Origin: Longimicrobiales bacterium
GTDB lineage: Bacteria > Gemmatimonadota > Gemmatimonadetes > Longimicrobiales > Gaopeijiaceae
Length of the DNA stretch: 64,000 nt
NCBI GenBank assembly: GCA_965211645.1
Contig: OZ242947.1
Span: 2,459,864 to 2,523,863, forward strand
Direction: 5' to 3'
A program made the translations under genes and the position numbers. Shown piece by piece: positions 37,430 through 46,910 of this stretch. How positions within the stretch are numbered: position 1 is the stretch's first letter; each line of letters begins with the position of its first letter. Under the pieces are notes generated by a model. It made no database searches and was not told the origin of the DNA. It saw only the letters and a list, made by a program, of their open reading frames with translations.

Positions 37430-39100
37430 CTAGGGAGCCGGCACCCGCACGATCGGATACACCCCGCCAGCCTCAAGCCGGTCCGCCAGGAAACCCCAAT
37501 TCGCGAATCCGTCGTCGGACTGCGGCTCCAGCAGCGTGAACAGCAGCCGCCCCAGCGGCTGGTCTGCGCGCGCCCACATGTCTCCCGGGCCCGGAATGAC
37601 CCGGGCCCGCTCATAGCGGCCGAAGAGGGTTTGCTCGTTGCGGCCCTGGAATGGGCGCTCGGCGGACCGGATCGAATCGATGCGGAAGGCCTCGGCGTCG
37701 ACGGGTGTCGGGCCGGCCGGGTCGGCCCCCGCGGCCGGATCCAGCGCGATTCCGTGGGCCGCGAGCCGGATCAGCACGTCTTGCAGTTCGGCGGGGACAA
37801 GGTAGGCCTGCGGAACGCGCTCGGTGAGCGTCGGCGCGAAGGTCCCGTATTCGTACATGGTCTCGACGTACTGCGTGTCGGCGCGCAGGAGCAGCGGGCG
37901 GCCGGTGAGCGGGTGCGGTTCCTCGACCACGGCGCCCATGAGGATGTCGACCGGGGCCTCCGAGCGCTCGGGCACGGCGCGCAATGCGAGCGACTCGCCG
38001 ACCACCGAGGCGGCGTCGGCATCGGCGACGATCCGGCGCACCTCGTCCGCGTGCTCGTGCACGTAGTCGAGGATCTCTTCGACGAAGTACAGCGTGGCGA
38101 GCACGCGCTCCTCGAAGGTGGCGTACGAATAGGCCTCGCTGAGGATCGCGATGCGGTTGCGCAGGCCGATGTAGTTGTTGTTGAAGCGCGGGCGGTGGTC
38201 GAAGGTGTACCAGCCGCGCTCGCCGCCGCCGGGAGCGAAGGCGTTGCCGTAGTAGTAGTACTCCCAGCCGTGCCTGGTCCGGATCCGGTCGGTGACGTGG
38301 GGGAAGAGGCCGGCCCGCAGGAAAGTGTCGATTTCCGCAGGCGTGTTTGGGTGGAGTGGTGGAGAGTACGTGAGATGATAGGCGTGCCGGGTCCCGTTGG
38401 TCGTATGTAAATCAACTGCCAACTGCGGATCGTACTCGTTCAGCAGACGCGCCACGGACCGGCCTTCGGGCGAGTCGAGCTTCATGTGGTCGCGGTTGAG
38501 GTCGTAGCCCTGGGCGTTCGGGCGCTGGCCCATGCCGCCGATCGGGCCGTGCTGGCGGCCGCGGTTGGTGAGCGTGACGCGCTCGTTGCCGTCGGCGTTG
38601 TAGATGGGCGCGACCAGGAGGACCAGCGACTCGCGCCAATCTCCGTGGCGGCCGGCCAGCAGGTCGCGGAGGAGCATCTGGAGCGCCTCCTTCCCGCACA
38701 CCTCGCCGGCGTGGATGTTGCCCTGCAGGTAGACCACCGTCTTGCCGGACGACCTGACCGACGCCGGACTCGCGTCCGCGACGTCGCCCACGACGGCGAG
38801 CGGCAGCGGCCGGCCCTCGGTCGTGTAGCCGAAGGTGGTGTAGTGGACCGAAGGATCCGCGGCCGCCGCGCGCTGCAGGAAATCGACGACCTCGGCATAT
38901 GAGCTGGTCTCGCGGTAGTCGGTGCGTTCGGCGCGGGTGAGGAAGGCGTCGTTCGGCGGCGGGGACGGGTCGCACGCGGTGAGAACGGCGGCGGCCGCCA
39001 CGAGCAGCCCGGGAACGACTCCCCGCGCCCACAGCGGGCGGCGGGGATCCTGGGCAGCCCGCGGCCTCCAGGTCGAAACGCCAGCTTCACAGACCTCCAT
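37430..39100 (-). CDS. M14-family zinc carboxypeptidase lipoprotein
   Basis: LLVAAAAVLTAC lipobox. GNIHAGEVCGKEA (HxxE), NADGNE, YDLNRDH and VDLHTTNG motifs. Confidence 0.8.
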   Translation of the reverse strand: MEVCEAGVSTWRPRAAQDPRRPLWARGVVPGLLVAAAAVLTACDPSPPPNDAFLTRAERTDYRETSSYAEVVDFLQRAAAADPSVHYTTFGYTTEGRPLPLAVVGDVADASPASVRSSGKTVVYLQGNIHAGEVCGKEALQMLLRDLLAGRHGDWRESLVLLVAPIYNADGNERVTLTNRGRQHGPIGGMGQRPNAQGYDLNRDHMKLDSPEGRSVARLLNEYDPQLAVDLHTTNGTRHAYHLTYSPPLHPNTPAEIDTFLRAGLFPHVTDRIRTRHGWEYYYYGNAFAPGGGERGWYTFDHRPRFNNNYIGLRNRIAILSEAYSYATFEERVLATLYFVEEILDYVHEHADEVRRIVADADAASVVGESLALRAVPERSEAPVDILMGAVVEEPHPLTGRPLLLRADTQYVETMYEYGTFAPTLTERVPQAYLVPAELQDVLIRLAAHGIALDPAAGADPAGPTPVDAEAFRIDSIRSAERPFQGRNEQTLFGRYERARVIPGPGDMWARADQPLGRLLFTLLEPQSDDGFANWGFLADRLEAGGVYPIVRVPAP

Positions 39101-39260
39101 GCGCTCACCTCGTCTTTCCGGTGGTCGGGATGCGTCTTGACCAACCCTAACCCTTCGCTGTCCAACCCGCACTCGGAGCCCGTCACGCTATTGCGGATGC
39201 GGCGCGCGGCGTGGCACCATAACACATTGCAACCCGCGGTCGTCCCTGAAGGAGGACATC

Positions 39261-39581
39261 ATGGCCAAGTACATGTTCCGCACCAGCTACACGCAGTCCG
39301 GCCTGAAGGGGCTGCTCGCCGAGGGCGGCACCAGCCGGGAGGCTGCGTTGCGCGACACCATCGAGGGTTCCGGCGGCACGCTGGAGGGGTTCTACTACGC
39401 CTTCGGCGAGTGCGACCTCTATCTGCTCGCCGACCTGCCCGACGAAGCCACGGCCACGGCACTGGCGCTGAACATTGCGGCGGCTGGCGCGCTGACGGTG
39501 TCGGTGACCGTGCTGATTTCGCCCGAGACCGTGGACGAGGCGGTGGCCAAGGACGTGGGGTACAGGTTGCCCGGGGCTTGA
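39261..39581 (+). CDS. GYD-domain protein
   Basis: MAKYMFRTSYTQSGLKGLL...GTLEGFYYAFGECDLYLLADLPDE is a typical GYD family sequence. Confidence 0.75.
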   Translation: MAKYMFRTSYTQSGLKGLLAEGGTSREAALRDTIEGSGGTLEGFYYAFGECDLYLLADLPDEATATALALNIAAAGALTVSVTVLISPETVDEAVAKDVGYRLPGA

Positions 39582-39605
39582 GCCGATGATCCGGAGCCTG
39601 GGCCG

Positions 39606-40745
39606 ATGATCGAATGGCTGGGCATCGGCCACCTCTTCGAGCTGTCGCGAACGGAAGTGATCGCCGGATTTTTCACGCCGCTGGTGATCTGCGTCGTGTT
39701 CTTCGCGGCGCAGATGGTGCTGCCGGGCAGGCGGGTCCCCGGCTACGTGATCGATCCCGGGGCCGGCGAGCCGCGCAGCTACCGGCTGAACGGTCTCCCG
39801 GTCTTCGTGATCGCCCAGATCGTGTGGGCATTCGAGCTCACCGGGATGCCGCACGACTGGTTCTACCGGGCTTCGATCCCGGCCGTGGCCGGCGGAACGG
39901 TTCTGGCCACCGTCCTTGCGGTCCTGGCGGTGTTCAGTCAGCCGCAGCGCGAGGGTCAGGGTCCGCTCCGGGCGCTCTGGGACGGACGGGCCCTGGAGTT
40001 GTCGTTCCTCGACAGCCGCTTCGACGTGAAGATGTACCTGTACGTGGTGGGCGGCACGATGCTGTCGCTGAACGCCCTGTCCGGCGCCGCGTACCACCAC
40101 GGACTGTTCGGCGACGCATCCAATCCGGGCGTTTTCCTGTTTGCAGGATTCCTGACGTTCTATGTCCTCGACTACTTCATCTTCGAGCGTGTGCAGCTGT
40201 ACACCTACGACGTGATCCATGAACACCTCGGCTTCAAGCTGATCTGGGGCGGACTCATCGTCTACGGATGGCTCTACATCCTGCCGCTGTGGGGCCTGGC
40301 CGTCCTTCCGGATCCCGGGTTTTCCCAGCCGTGGAAGCTGGTCTGGCTCATCGGAGCGCCCGTTCTGTTCCTGGCCGGATGGTGCATCACGCGCGGCGCC
40401 AACATGCAGAAGTACACCTTCAAGCGATGGCCCGAGCGCAAGTTTCTGGGACTCATCGAGCCGGAGTACATCGAAGCCGGTGACCGCAAGATCCTGTGCA
40501 GCGGATTCTGGGGCGCCGCCCGGCACTTCAACTACCTGGGCGAGGGCTCCTTTGCGTTGGCGATCGCCCTGGTATTCGGCCATTTCGCCAATCTCTGGGC
40601 CTGGACCTACCTGATCTTCATCGTCGGGCTCTTCATCGGCCGGCAGCGTTTCGACGACCGGTATTGTGCCGAGAAGTACGGCGCGGAGAAGTGGGCCGAG
40701 TACCGGGCGCGCGTGAGGTGGCGGATCGTCCCCGGGATCTATTGA
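39606..40745 (+). CDS. ERG4/ERG24-type sterol-reductase-like membrane protein (DUF1295 superfamily)
   Basis: 379 aa, multi-TM. C-terminal signature LCSGFWGAARHFNYLGEG...GRQRFDDRYCAEKYGAEKWAEYRARVRWRIVPGIY. Confidence 0.7.
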   Translation: MIEWLGIGHLFELSRTEVIAGFFTPLVICVVFFAAQMVLPGRRVPGYVIDPGAGEPRSYRLNGLPVFVIAQIVWAFELTGMPHDWFYRASIPAVAGGTVLATVLAVLAVFSQPQREGQGPLRALWDGRALELSFLDSRFDVKMYLYVVGGTMLSLNALSGAAYHHGLFGDASNPGVFLFAGFLTFYVLDYFIFERVQLYTYDVIHEHLGFKLIWGGLIVYGWLYILPLWGLAVLPDPGFSQPWKLVWLIGAPVLFLAGWCITRGANMQKYTFKRWPERKFLGLIEPEYIEAGDRKILCSGFWGAARHFNYLGEGSFALAIALVFGHFANLWAWTYLIFIVGLFIGRQRFDDRYCAEKYGAEKWAEYRARVRWRIVPGIY

Positions 40746-40763
40746 AGGCGGCGCGCCGAAGTC

Positions 40764-41393
40764 ATGTTCCCCAGGGCGAGGCACGGGTGGATCGAGGTTG
40801 TCGCCGGCGTCATGTTCAGCGGCAAGTCCGAAGAGCTCATCCGGCGCGTCCGCCGCGCGCTGATCGCCGGGCGGCGGGTCCAGCTCTTCAAGTCGCACCT
40901 CGACGACCGCTACGGCGGCCAGTTCCGCATCTCGTCGCACGACGGCCGGCAGATCGACGCCGAGCCCGTGTCCAACTCCGTGCAGATTGCGGAGAAGGTG
41001 CGCCCGGACACGCAGGTCGTCGCCATCGACGAGGCCCAGTTCCTGGACGACGGCGTCTGCGAGGTTGCCGACGCGCTGGCGGATGTGGGGATGCGCGTCA
41101 TCCTGGCGGGGACCGACATGGACTTCCGGGGCGAGCCCTTCGGTCCGATGGGGCTGCTTCTGGCGCGCGCGGAGCGGATCGACAAGCTGAGCGCGATCTG
41201 CGTGGTGTGCGGCGACCCCGCGACCCGCAACCAGCGGCTCATCGACGGGGAGCCGGCGCCGGCGGAGGGGCCGACGATCCATGTGGGCGGGGCGGAGAGC
41301 TACGAGGCGCGGTGCCGGCGGTGCCACGAGGTGCCGAAGCGGGACCGGGCGCAGAGGGAGTTGTTGTTCGGGGGGCCGGACGGGCCCGGATGA
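40764..41393 (+). CDS. tdk: thymidine kinase
   Basis: GVMFSGKSEELIRR P-loop, VAIDEAQF, C..CG...R and the C-terminal CRRCH zinc site. Confidence 0.9.
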   Translation: MFPRARHGWIEVVAGVMFSGKSEELIRRVRRALIAGRRVQLFKSHLDDRYGGQFRISSHDGRQIDAEPVSNSVQIAEKVRPDTQVVAIDEAQFLDDGVCEVADALADVGMRVILAGTDMDFRGEPFGPMGLLLARAERIDKLSAICVVCGDPATRNQRLIDGEPAPAEGPTIHVGGAESYEARCRRCHEVPKRDRAQRELLFGGPDGPG

Positions 41394-41408
41394 GCGGCAT
41401 CCTCGTCG

Positions 41409-41681
41409 TCAGTAGTGGTAGCGGGCCGCGAGGAAGCAGATCCGATCGCCGGTGACCTGATACACCAGGCGGTGTTCGGTGTCGATGCGGCGTGACCATC
41501 GACCCGCGAGTTCGCCACGCAGGCGTTCAGGCTTGCCGATGCCTGCGACGGGATCGCGGAGAATCGCTTCCACCAGCTTGAGCGTGCGCAGGGCCCGCTT
41601 GCGATCGGTTGGAGTCCAGCAGGTCAGGTCCTCAAGAAACGCGCGATCGAACACGGCTTCTTTCGGCTGTGATCTCGTCAC
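41409..41681 (-). CDS. yoeB: YoeB/Txe-family toxin
   Basis: GTGA overlap with yefM. ...GIGKPERLRGELAGRWSRRIDTEHRLVYQV...AARYHY C-terminus. Confidence 0.85.
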   Translation of the reverse strand: MTRSQPKEAVFDRAFLEDLTCWTPTDRKRALRTLKLVEAILRDPVAGIGKPERLRGELAGRWSRRIDTEHRLVYQVTGDRICFLAARYHY

Positions 41682-41962
41682 TCTCCAGCCAGGACGAGGC
41701 GACGCCGTAACTCGTCGACTTCAAGGACCTCTCCCTCCCCGGAGTCGGCCCGCGCCATGGCCTGTCGCAATCTCTCGGCGTTCTCCGGCGACCGAAGCAG
41801 ATAGCTGGTCTCCATCCACGCACTCAGGTCTTCGGCCGCGATCAGAGCGACGGGCTCCTTCCCGCGCCTTCGGATGACGACCGGCTCGTGGGTGTCGGTT
41901 ACCTGGTCCATGAGGGCGGCCAGGTTCTTTCTCGCTCCGGTGTAGGATGTTTCGCGTATCAT
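41678..41962 (-). CDS. yefM: YefM/Phd-family antitoxin
   Basis: Start at MIRETSYTGARKNLAALMDQV...PVVIRRRGKEPVALI. Only the last 94 codons of the 397-aa listed ORF look real. Confidence 0.85.
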   Translation of the reverse strand: MIRETSYTGARKNLAALMDQVTDTHEPVVIRRRGKEPVALIAAEDLSAWMETSYLLRSPENAERLRQAMARADSGEGEVLEVDELRRRLVLAGE

Positions 41963-42003
41963 GGGGGCTTTCCTGGAATCTGGATTGGCGGTGATCACTC
42001 TTA

Positions 42004-42022
42004 TGTACAGGTATTCTGTACA
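42004..42022. promoter_or_regulatory. paired TGTACA motifs, candidate YefM-YoeB operator
   Basis: TGTACA at 42004..42009 and 42017..42022, about 45 nt upstream of the yefM start. Confidence 0.45.
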
Positions 42023-42049
42023 AGTATTTGCGAAGGAGCAAGCGTCGCG

Positions 42050-43372
42050 ATGCTTGTCGCGGGTATGGTGAAACTGCCGCCAGGTCGTCATCATCTGATC
42101 AATAGCGAGACGCCCGGGCAGTTGAACCGCATTCGATGGAGTCTGACCTTGCCATCCCGCGCATACCCCCGCCTCACCCTGCTCCTCGCTGTCCTGGCGC
42201 CAGCGGCCGCCTGCGCCCCGGACCCCACTGCCTCCACCCCCACCCCACACCACACCGCCGACAGCCTCGGCATCCGCCTCGTCACCTACGACCACACCCC
42301 CACCGCCGCCGCACCCTTCCACCTCGCGGCGGAGCCCCGCTATCGGCACGGCGCCAACCCGGGCGACTACGCCTTCCAGGGCGTCGGCCCCGGCCGCATC
42401 CTCCCCGACGGCAGCGCGGTCGTCTACGACGTGTGGAACACCGAACTGGTCGCGTTCAACACCGACGGCAGCACGCACCAGGTGCTCGCAGCGCAGGGAG
42501 AGGGACCCGGGGAGATCAGCTACGTCACCGGCATATTCGCGCTGGGCCGGGACAGCCTCCTGGTGGCCGATCCGGGTCTCGCCCGCGCCACCCTCTTCGT
42601 CGGCGATTCGGTCGCGCGCATCACGCCCCTTCCGCGCACCGCCCGGCTCGCCGTCGAGGGGATCGCCCCGTCCGGCGGCCTCCTGCTGGCCACCTCCTAC
42701 GCCCCGTTCAGCGACGAGGACGAGTGGCGCCCCGGGCACATGGCGCGGCTCGACCTCGAGACCGACGCCCTCGACACCGTCGCGTCGTACGACTTCATGC
42801 CGCGCATCCCGGCGGGGCTGCAGTGGGAGCCGATCCCGGCGGTCGGCGAGGTCACGGTCGCCAGCGGGCACTTCGTCCAGACCAGATCCGACAGCCCCGA
42901 GCTCACCTGGCGCCTGCCCGACGGCACCGTCACGCAGATCGTCCGGTGGCAGGCCGCTCCGGCGCTTCTGACCGAGGAGTGGCTGGACCCGATCGAGGCC
43001 GAGCTACTGAAGGAGATCCGCATGCACAGCCCCGATCTTCCCGAGGCCCGGATCGCGGAGATCGCCGGCAGCAACATGGCCATCTACCGCGCTAGCATCG
43101 GCCGCCCGATGCCGCTCTTCAGCAACCCGTTCGCCGACGCCGAAGGAAGGGTATGGCTGCCCTCCTACAAGCCGGGCGGCGAGATCCACGACGTGCCGCC
43201 CTACACGGTCATCGCGCCCGACGGCGAGTGGCTGGGTACGGTTGAGGCCCCGCCCAGGTTCCGCATTCTCGATGTAGCTGCGGGGCTTGTCCTCGGCGTG
43301 GCGCAGGACGAATTGGATGTGGTGAGTGTGGTGGTGTACGAGGTGGTCGGGGGGTCCGGGACGGGACGCTAA
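42050..43372 (+). CDS. 6-bladed beta-propeller lipoprotein (paralog 2)
   Basis: GAAGGAG sits 10 nt before ATG 42050. LLLAVLAPAAACAP lipobox. GEGPGEI motif. C-terminal ELDVVSVVVYEVV shared with the paralogs. Confidence 0.7.
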   Translation: MLVAGMVKLPPGRHHLINSETPGQLNRIRWSLTLPSRAYPRLTLLLAVLAPAAACAPDPTASTPTPHHTADSLGIRLVTYDHTPTAAAPFHLAAEPRYRHGANPGDYAFQGVGPGRILPDGSAVVYDVWNTELVAFNTDGSTHQVLAAQGEGPGEISYVTGIFALGRDSLLVADPGLARATLFVGDSVARITPLPRTARLAVEGIAPSGGLLLATSYAPFSDEDEWRPGHMARLDLETDALDTVASYDFMPRIPAGLQWEPIPAVGEVTVASGHFVQTRSDSPELTWRLPDGTVTQIVRWQAAPALLTEEWLDPIEAELLKEIRMHSPDLPEARIAEIAGSNMAIYRASIGRPMPLFSNPFADAEGRVWLPSYKPGGEIHDVPPYTVIAPDGEWLGTVEAPPRFRILDVAAGLVLGVAQDELDVVSVVVYEVVGGSGTGR

Positions 43373-43776
43373 AACAACGTGTCGAGCGCCTCCGAGGGTG
43401 TGATCGCGGGGATCGGGGAGTGCCTGAAGTCCCTCGCGTTCCTGGTGACAACAAAGCGGGCACCGCAGGCACGCGCCGCAGCAACCTGCATTGCGTCCTC
43501 GAAGTCGGGCATGCCAAGGCCGGCCGCAAACCCGATCGCGCTCGTCCCGCAGTCCGCGACAGCCACGAACCGAATCAGTTCGGTGATGAAGGCGCGCGCA
43601 TCCGAACCACCCTGCGAGGATGCGACGAGGTAGTAGAAGTTCGACAGGGTGTGCCACGCGACGAACGCGCGCTTTGGCCCCGTCTGCAACCGATCGAGCA
43701 GTTTTGACGCCGCGTCCGAGAACGGTTCCCGGTCGAGCGCGACATCGATGAGGACGTCCGTATCGATCAGGATCAA
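43369..43776 (-). CDS. vapC: PIN-domain toxin VapC
   Basis: Probable TTG start overlapping the antitoxin stop (TTGA). ILIDTDVLIDVAL, FEDAMQVAAA, VTRN. Only the last 135 codons of the 422-aa listed ORF look real. Confidence 0.7.
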   Translation of the reverse strand: MILIDTDVLIDVALDREPFSDAASKLLDRLQTGPKRAFVAWHTLSNFYYLVASSQGGSDARAFITELIRFVAVADCGTSAIGFAAGLGMPDFEDAMQVAAARACGARFVVTRNARDFRHSPIPAITPSEALDTLF

Positions 43777-43994
43777 AGGTACTTCCGTGCCAATGCGTCG
43801 TAGCGGGGATCGCCGCGGTTCGCAGCCCGGAACCGACCTCTCCACAGCGAAGCGAACGACGGCTCTCCCACGCTGGCCGCGTCCCGCAAAGCACGCTCGA
43901 TCAATGCCGACAGCGACACCCCTCGCGATCGCGCATGTCGCTTCGCGGCGACGACAACATCGGGATCCACGGTGACTGTGAGCTTTTGTTTCAT
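43773..43994 (-). CDS. RHH-type antitoxin
   Basis: MKQKLTVTVDPDVVVAAKRHARSRGVSLSALIERALR. Confidence 0.65.
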   Translation of the reverse strand: MKQKLTVTVDPDVVVAAKRHARSRGVSLSALIERALRDAASVGEPSFASLWRGRFRAANRGDPRYDALARKYL

Positions 43995-44036
43995 GCCCTG
44001 CCCGGTCAAGCATTGGATGTGTACGTGTATACGATA

Positions 44037-44056
44037 CCAGTATACGTATTTCGGAT
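44037..44056. promoter_or_regulatory. direct GTATACG repeats, candidate operator of the 43369..43994 TA module
   Basis: GTATACG at 44037 and at 44050, 43-60 nt upstream of the antitoxin start, in an AT-rich stretch. Confidence 0.3.
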
Positions 44057-44190
44057 ACGATGTCAACCAGCGGGCAGACAAGCCGTTGCGCCGCCCTGAC
44101 TAGCAGGCGCCGGAGAGCGGCTGTGGCGGCCCGACCAGGCTGGCCGCCGGAAACACTTGTCGCCGCGGTGGGTATCAGGTACAGGTAACG

Positions 44191-45219
44191 ATGGGCACCA
44201 CAACCGGGGGCAATTCGATGAATTCTGAGCGTATCGTCAAGATCGCGTCGACGACAGCCGGATTGGTCGCCCTGACGGCCTGGGCCGGCGGTTGCGGAGC
44301 GTCGACCGACGGGCCGCAGTCGACGGCGGACTCGCCGCTGCACGAGGCCCTTCAGTCGAACGCGGATGCGGACATGGTCGAAGTGCTCCTCGCCGCCGGA
44401 GCCGATGTCAACGCGGTCAACTCTCAGGGGGCAACCCCATTGCACCATGCCGCGGCGCACGCAGACAGCGTGGCTGTGGTCGACCTGCTTCTCGCGGCTG
44501 GAGCCGAGGTGGCAGCGAGGCACCGATATGGCGACACGCCGCTGCATTGGGCGGCAATGTCCACCGAGAATCCGGCGGTGATTGAGGCTCTGGTGACGGC
44601 CGGAGCCGATGTGCACGCGCGAGACTCGAGCGGCCACACACCGCTATTCGATGCGGCACGGAATCCCGCCGCCTTCGCGGCGCTTGTGGCTGCGGGGGCG
44701 GATTTGACAGTGCAGAATGATGACGGACAGACGCTCCTGCACGCTGCGGCCTCTCTTGCCTTTCATTGCTTCCCCGAGTGTCTCGAGGGCCATGATCCCG
44801 CGGTTGTGGCGCTACTGCTGGTCGCAGGGGCGGATGTCGACACTCGAAACGGGGACTACGACACTCCTCTGCACCTTGCGGCGGGGTATAGCGGATGGGT
44901 GGACAACCCGCGCGGCCCCCCTATGCCGACCGGCACGGAGGTCGTCGAGGCACTGCTCGCCGCCGGGGCAAGCGTGGAGGCGCGGGATGCCTACGGTAGA
45001 ACCCCTTTGCATCGTGCGGCGCAAAGCAACTACAACCCGGCGGTCATCGAGGTATTGTTGGCGGCTGGGGCGGATGCAGATGCGCGAGACGAACAGGGTC
45101 GAACGCCTCTGGATCTGGTGAACCGTCGTTCCCTGTTCCCCGACTTGAAGGAGGCGCTGCGGGACCGCCTGCAGCGTGGGTCGGAATCGGGCAGGCCGCG
45201 GACGCTGCCAGATCGATAG
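44191..45219 (+). CDS. ankyrin-repeat lipoprotein
   Basis: LTAWAGGC lipobox (alternative start ATG 44218). At least 7 repeats of the G.TPLH.AA......V..LL.AGADV.A type. Confidence 0.8.
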   Translation: MGTTTGGNSMNSERIVKIASTTAGLVALTAWAGGCGASTDGPQSTADSPLHEALQSNADADMVEVLLAAGADVNAVNSQGATPLHHAAAHADSVAVVDLLLAAGAEVAARHRYGDTPLHWAAMSTENPAVIEALVTAGADVHARDSSGHTPLFDAARNPAAFAALVAAGADLTVQNDDGQTLLHAAASLAFHCFPECLEGHDPAVVALLLVAGADVDTRNGDYDTPLHLAAGYSGWVDNPRGPPMPTGTEVVEALLAAGASVEARDAYGRTPLHRAAQSNYNPAVIEVLLAAGADADARDEQGRTPLDLVNRRSLFPDLKEALRDRLQRGSESGRPRTLPDR

Positions 45220-45256
45220 GGTCGGGGAATCGGCTCGACGGCTCCGGGCGCTACTG

Positions 45257-46519
45257 TCACCTCATCCCCACCACCACCCGGCTCACCACCAGCGTCGGCA
45301 CGTCCAGCTCGTCGCGCACCAGATGCACCACCAGTCCGCCGGGCCCGAACGCCTCCGGCATCCCCGGTTCCCCGGCCGGCAGCATCCCCACATACTCCCG
45401 ATCCGCATTGAACACATCGATCGGCCCTTCGTCGTCCCACGGATCCTCGCCCCGACGCTGTACCCACAGTCCACCGTCCCAGGTGGCCCCGAGGCCCCGA
45501 ACCACGGGGACCTCGTGGTAGAACGCTCGATCCAGAATCCTCCGGCGGCTCGCCTCGGGATCCCGCGGCGGCAAGAGCCCGGCTGAAGACGGACCTCTCG
45601 CCAACCGCTCCTCGAGGCGTTGCAGGTGGAAGGCGATGGTCGCCCGTTGCATTCTCTCGGACACCGCCTCGGGCGAGAACGGACGCCTCAGCACGTCGAT
45701 CACCGATCCATCGGGACTGGCAAGCTTGATCGCGTAGCCTGACGAGTCGGAATGGGCGATGGTGCCGTCGGACAGCACGTCCCAGTGAAAGCCCGGCTCG
45801 AAATAGCGGTCTTCCATCGACGCAACAACCCTCGGCCAGTCCTCCAGGGCGTCGGATGTCAGCGGTTCGGGACGAGGCGCCCGCCACCCCTGCAGGACCG
45901 GTTCCTGCACGATCACATCGCCGGAGATATCCAATGTCTCGAGCGCGCGGTCATCGACCCCCCCAGTGTCGTCTTCCGGGTACCCCATGCGCCGGTTCAT
46001 GCGGTTCATCATCTCAATCAGGACGCCCCGGACCCCTCGAGCGACGAGCCTGTCGCCCAGCGGATCGGCCCGAATCTCCCTGTGACGGAGGGCGCTGGAC
46101 AGCGTTCTGGCCTCGCCGGGCCACCTGATGAACCGCTCGAACTCGCCGTCCGGACTGAACACCTGAACCGCGGAATGGTCCGTGTCGGGCACCGCCGTGC
46201 GTCCATCGCGCCACACCGCGAGGGCCTGGATTTGCTGAAACTCGCCCGGCCCCTCGCCCAACCTGCCGAGCTCACGTACGAGTTGGCCATCGCGTCCGAC
46301 GACGACGACCCGATTGGCCAGAACATCCAGCACCACCAGGTTGCCGGCTCCGTCGAAGCGTACCTGCAGGGCAGGCTGGAAGAATGCCCACTCCTGCGCG
46401 TTGACGCCGCCCACGCGGTAGACCTCGGTCACGTCCGCGGTCAGCGGTCGGTCCTGCGCGGCGACGGGCGTAGCGAGCAGGGTTGCGATAATCGCGCAAG
46501 CAGCAAGTGCCGGTCTCAT
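45257..46519 (-). CDS. 6-bladed beta-propeller protein (paralog 3), secreted
   Basis: Start at MRPALAACAIIATLLATPVAAQ. GEGPGEF motif. C-terminal ELDVPTLVVSRVVV. Confidence 0.7.
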   Translation of the reverse strand: MRPALAACAIIATLLATPVAAQDRPLTADVTEVYRVGGVNAQEWAFFQPALQVRFDGAGNLVVLDVLANRVVVVGRDGQLVRELGRLGEGPGEFQQIQALAVWRDGRTAVPDTDHSAVQVFSPDGEFERFIRWPGEARTLSSALRHREIRADPLGDRLVARGVRGVLIEMMNRMNRRMGYPEDDTGGVDDRALETLDISGDVIVQEPVLQGWRAPRPEPLTSDALEDWPRVVASMEDRYFEPGFHWDVLSDGTIAHSDSSGYAIKLASPDGSVIDVLRRPFSPEAVSERMQRATIAFHLQRLEERLARGPSSAGLLPPRDPEASRRRILDRAFYHEVPVVRGLGATWDGGLWVQRRGEDPWDDEGPIDVFNADREYVGMLPAGEPGMPEAFGPGGLVVHLVRDELDVPTLVVSRVVVGMR

Positions 46520-46910
46520 CGTGACTGTCTCCCGAGTTCGAAGGGGTGCCGCTGCAGGAGGACGGCCTGGTGTCCAAACCCGTCCCTGTCTCATCAATAT
46601 GCGCGCGAACAGGGAGAGATGTTTCGTGCGGGCGTGGGCTTTCCTGTGCAATCCACGCGCTCTTCCTCACGCATGAATTCGGGGATTCGGGTGGAGTAAA
46701 TCGGTTGGGGGGTAGGCAATCAGGCCGTTTTGGCGCAAAACGACCCTCCAGGTCCGCACTTCCTTGGCATCAGGTAGGCGTGTTCAGCGATTCCGAGTCC
46801 TCCGTCGTCGCTGAAAACACCACCTACCCCACGTGCACCTCGTGCCGCTGCTGGCAACGTGAGTGCGAGCATCCAACGGTTCGAAGGATCGCCAAGAAAG
46901 GACTAGTCTG

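Noticed and set aside
41678-42871. 397-aa ORF, and the 422-aa ORF at 43369..44637
   Set aside because: Only the C-terminal 94 aa (YefM) and 135 aa (VapC) respectively show protein-like sequence. The remainder is antisense to the beta-propeller and ankyrin genes.
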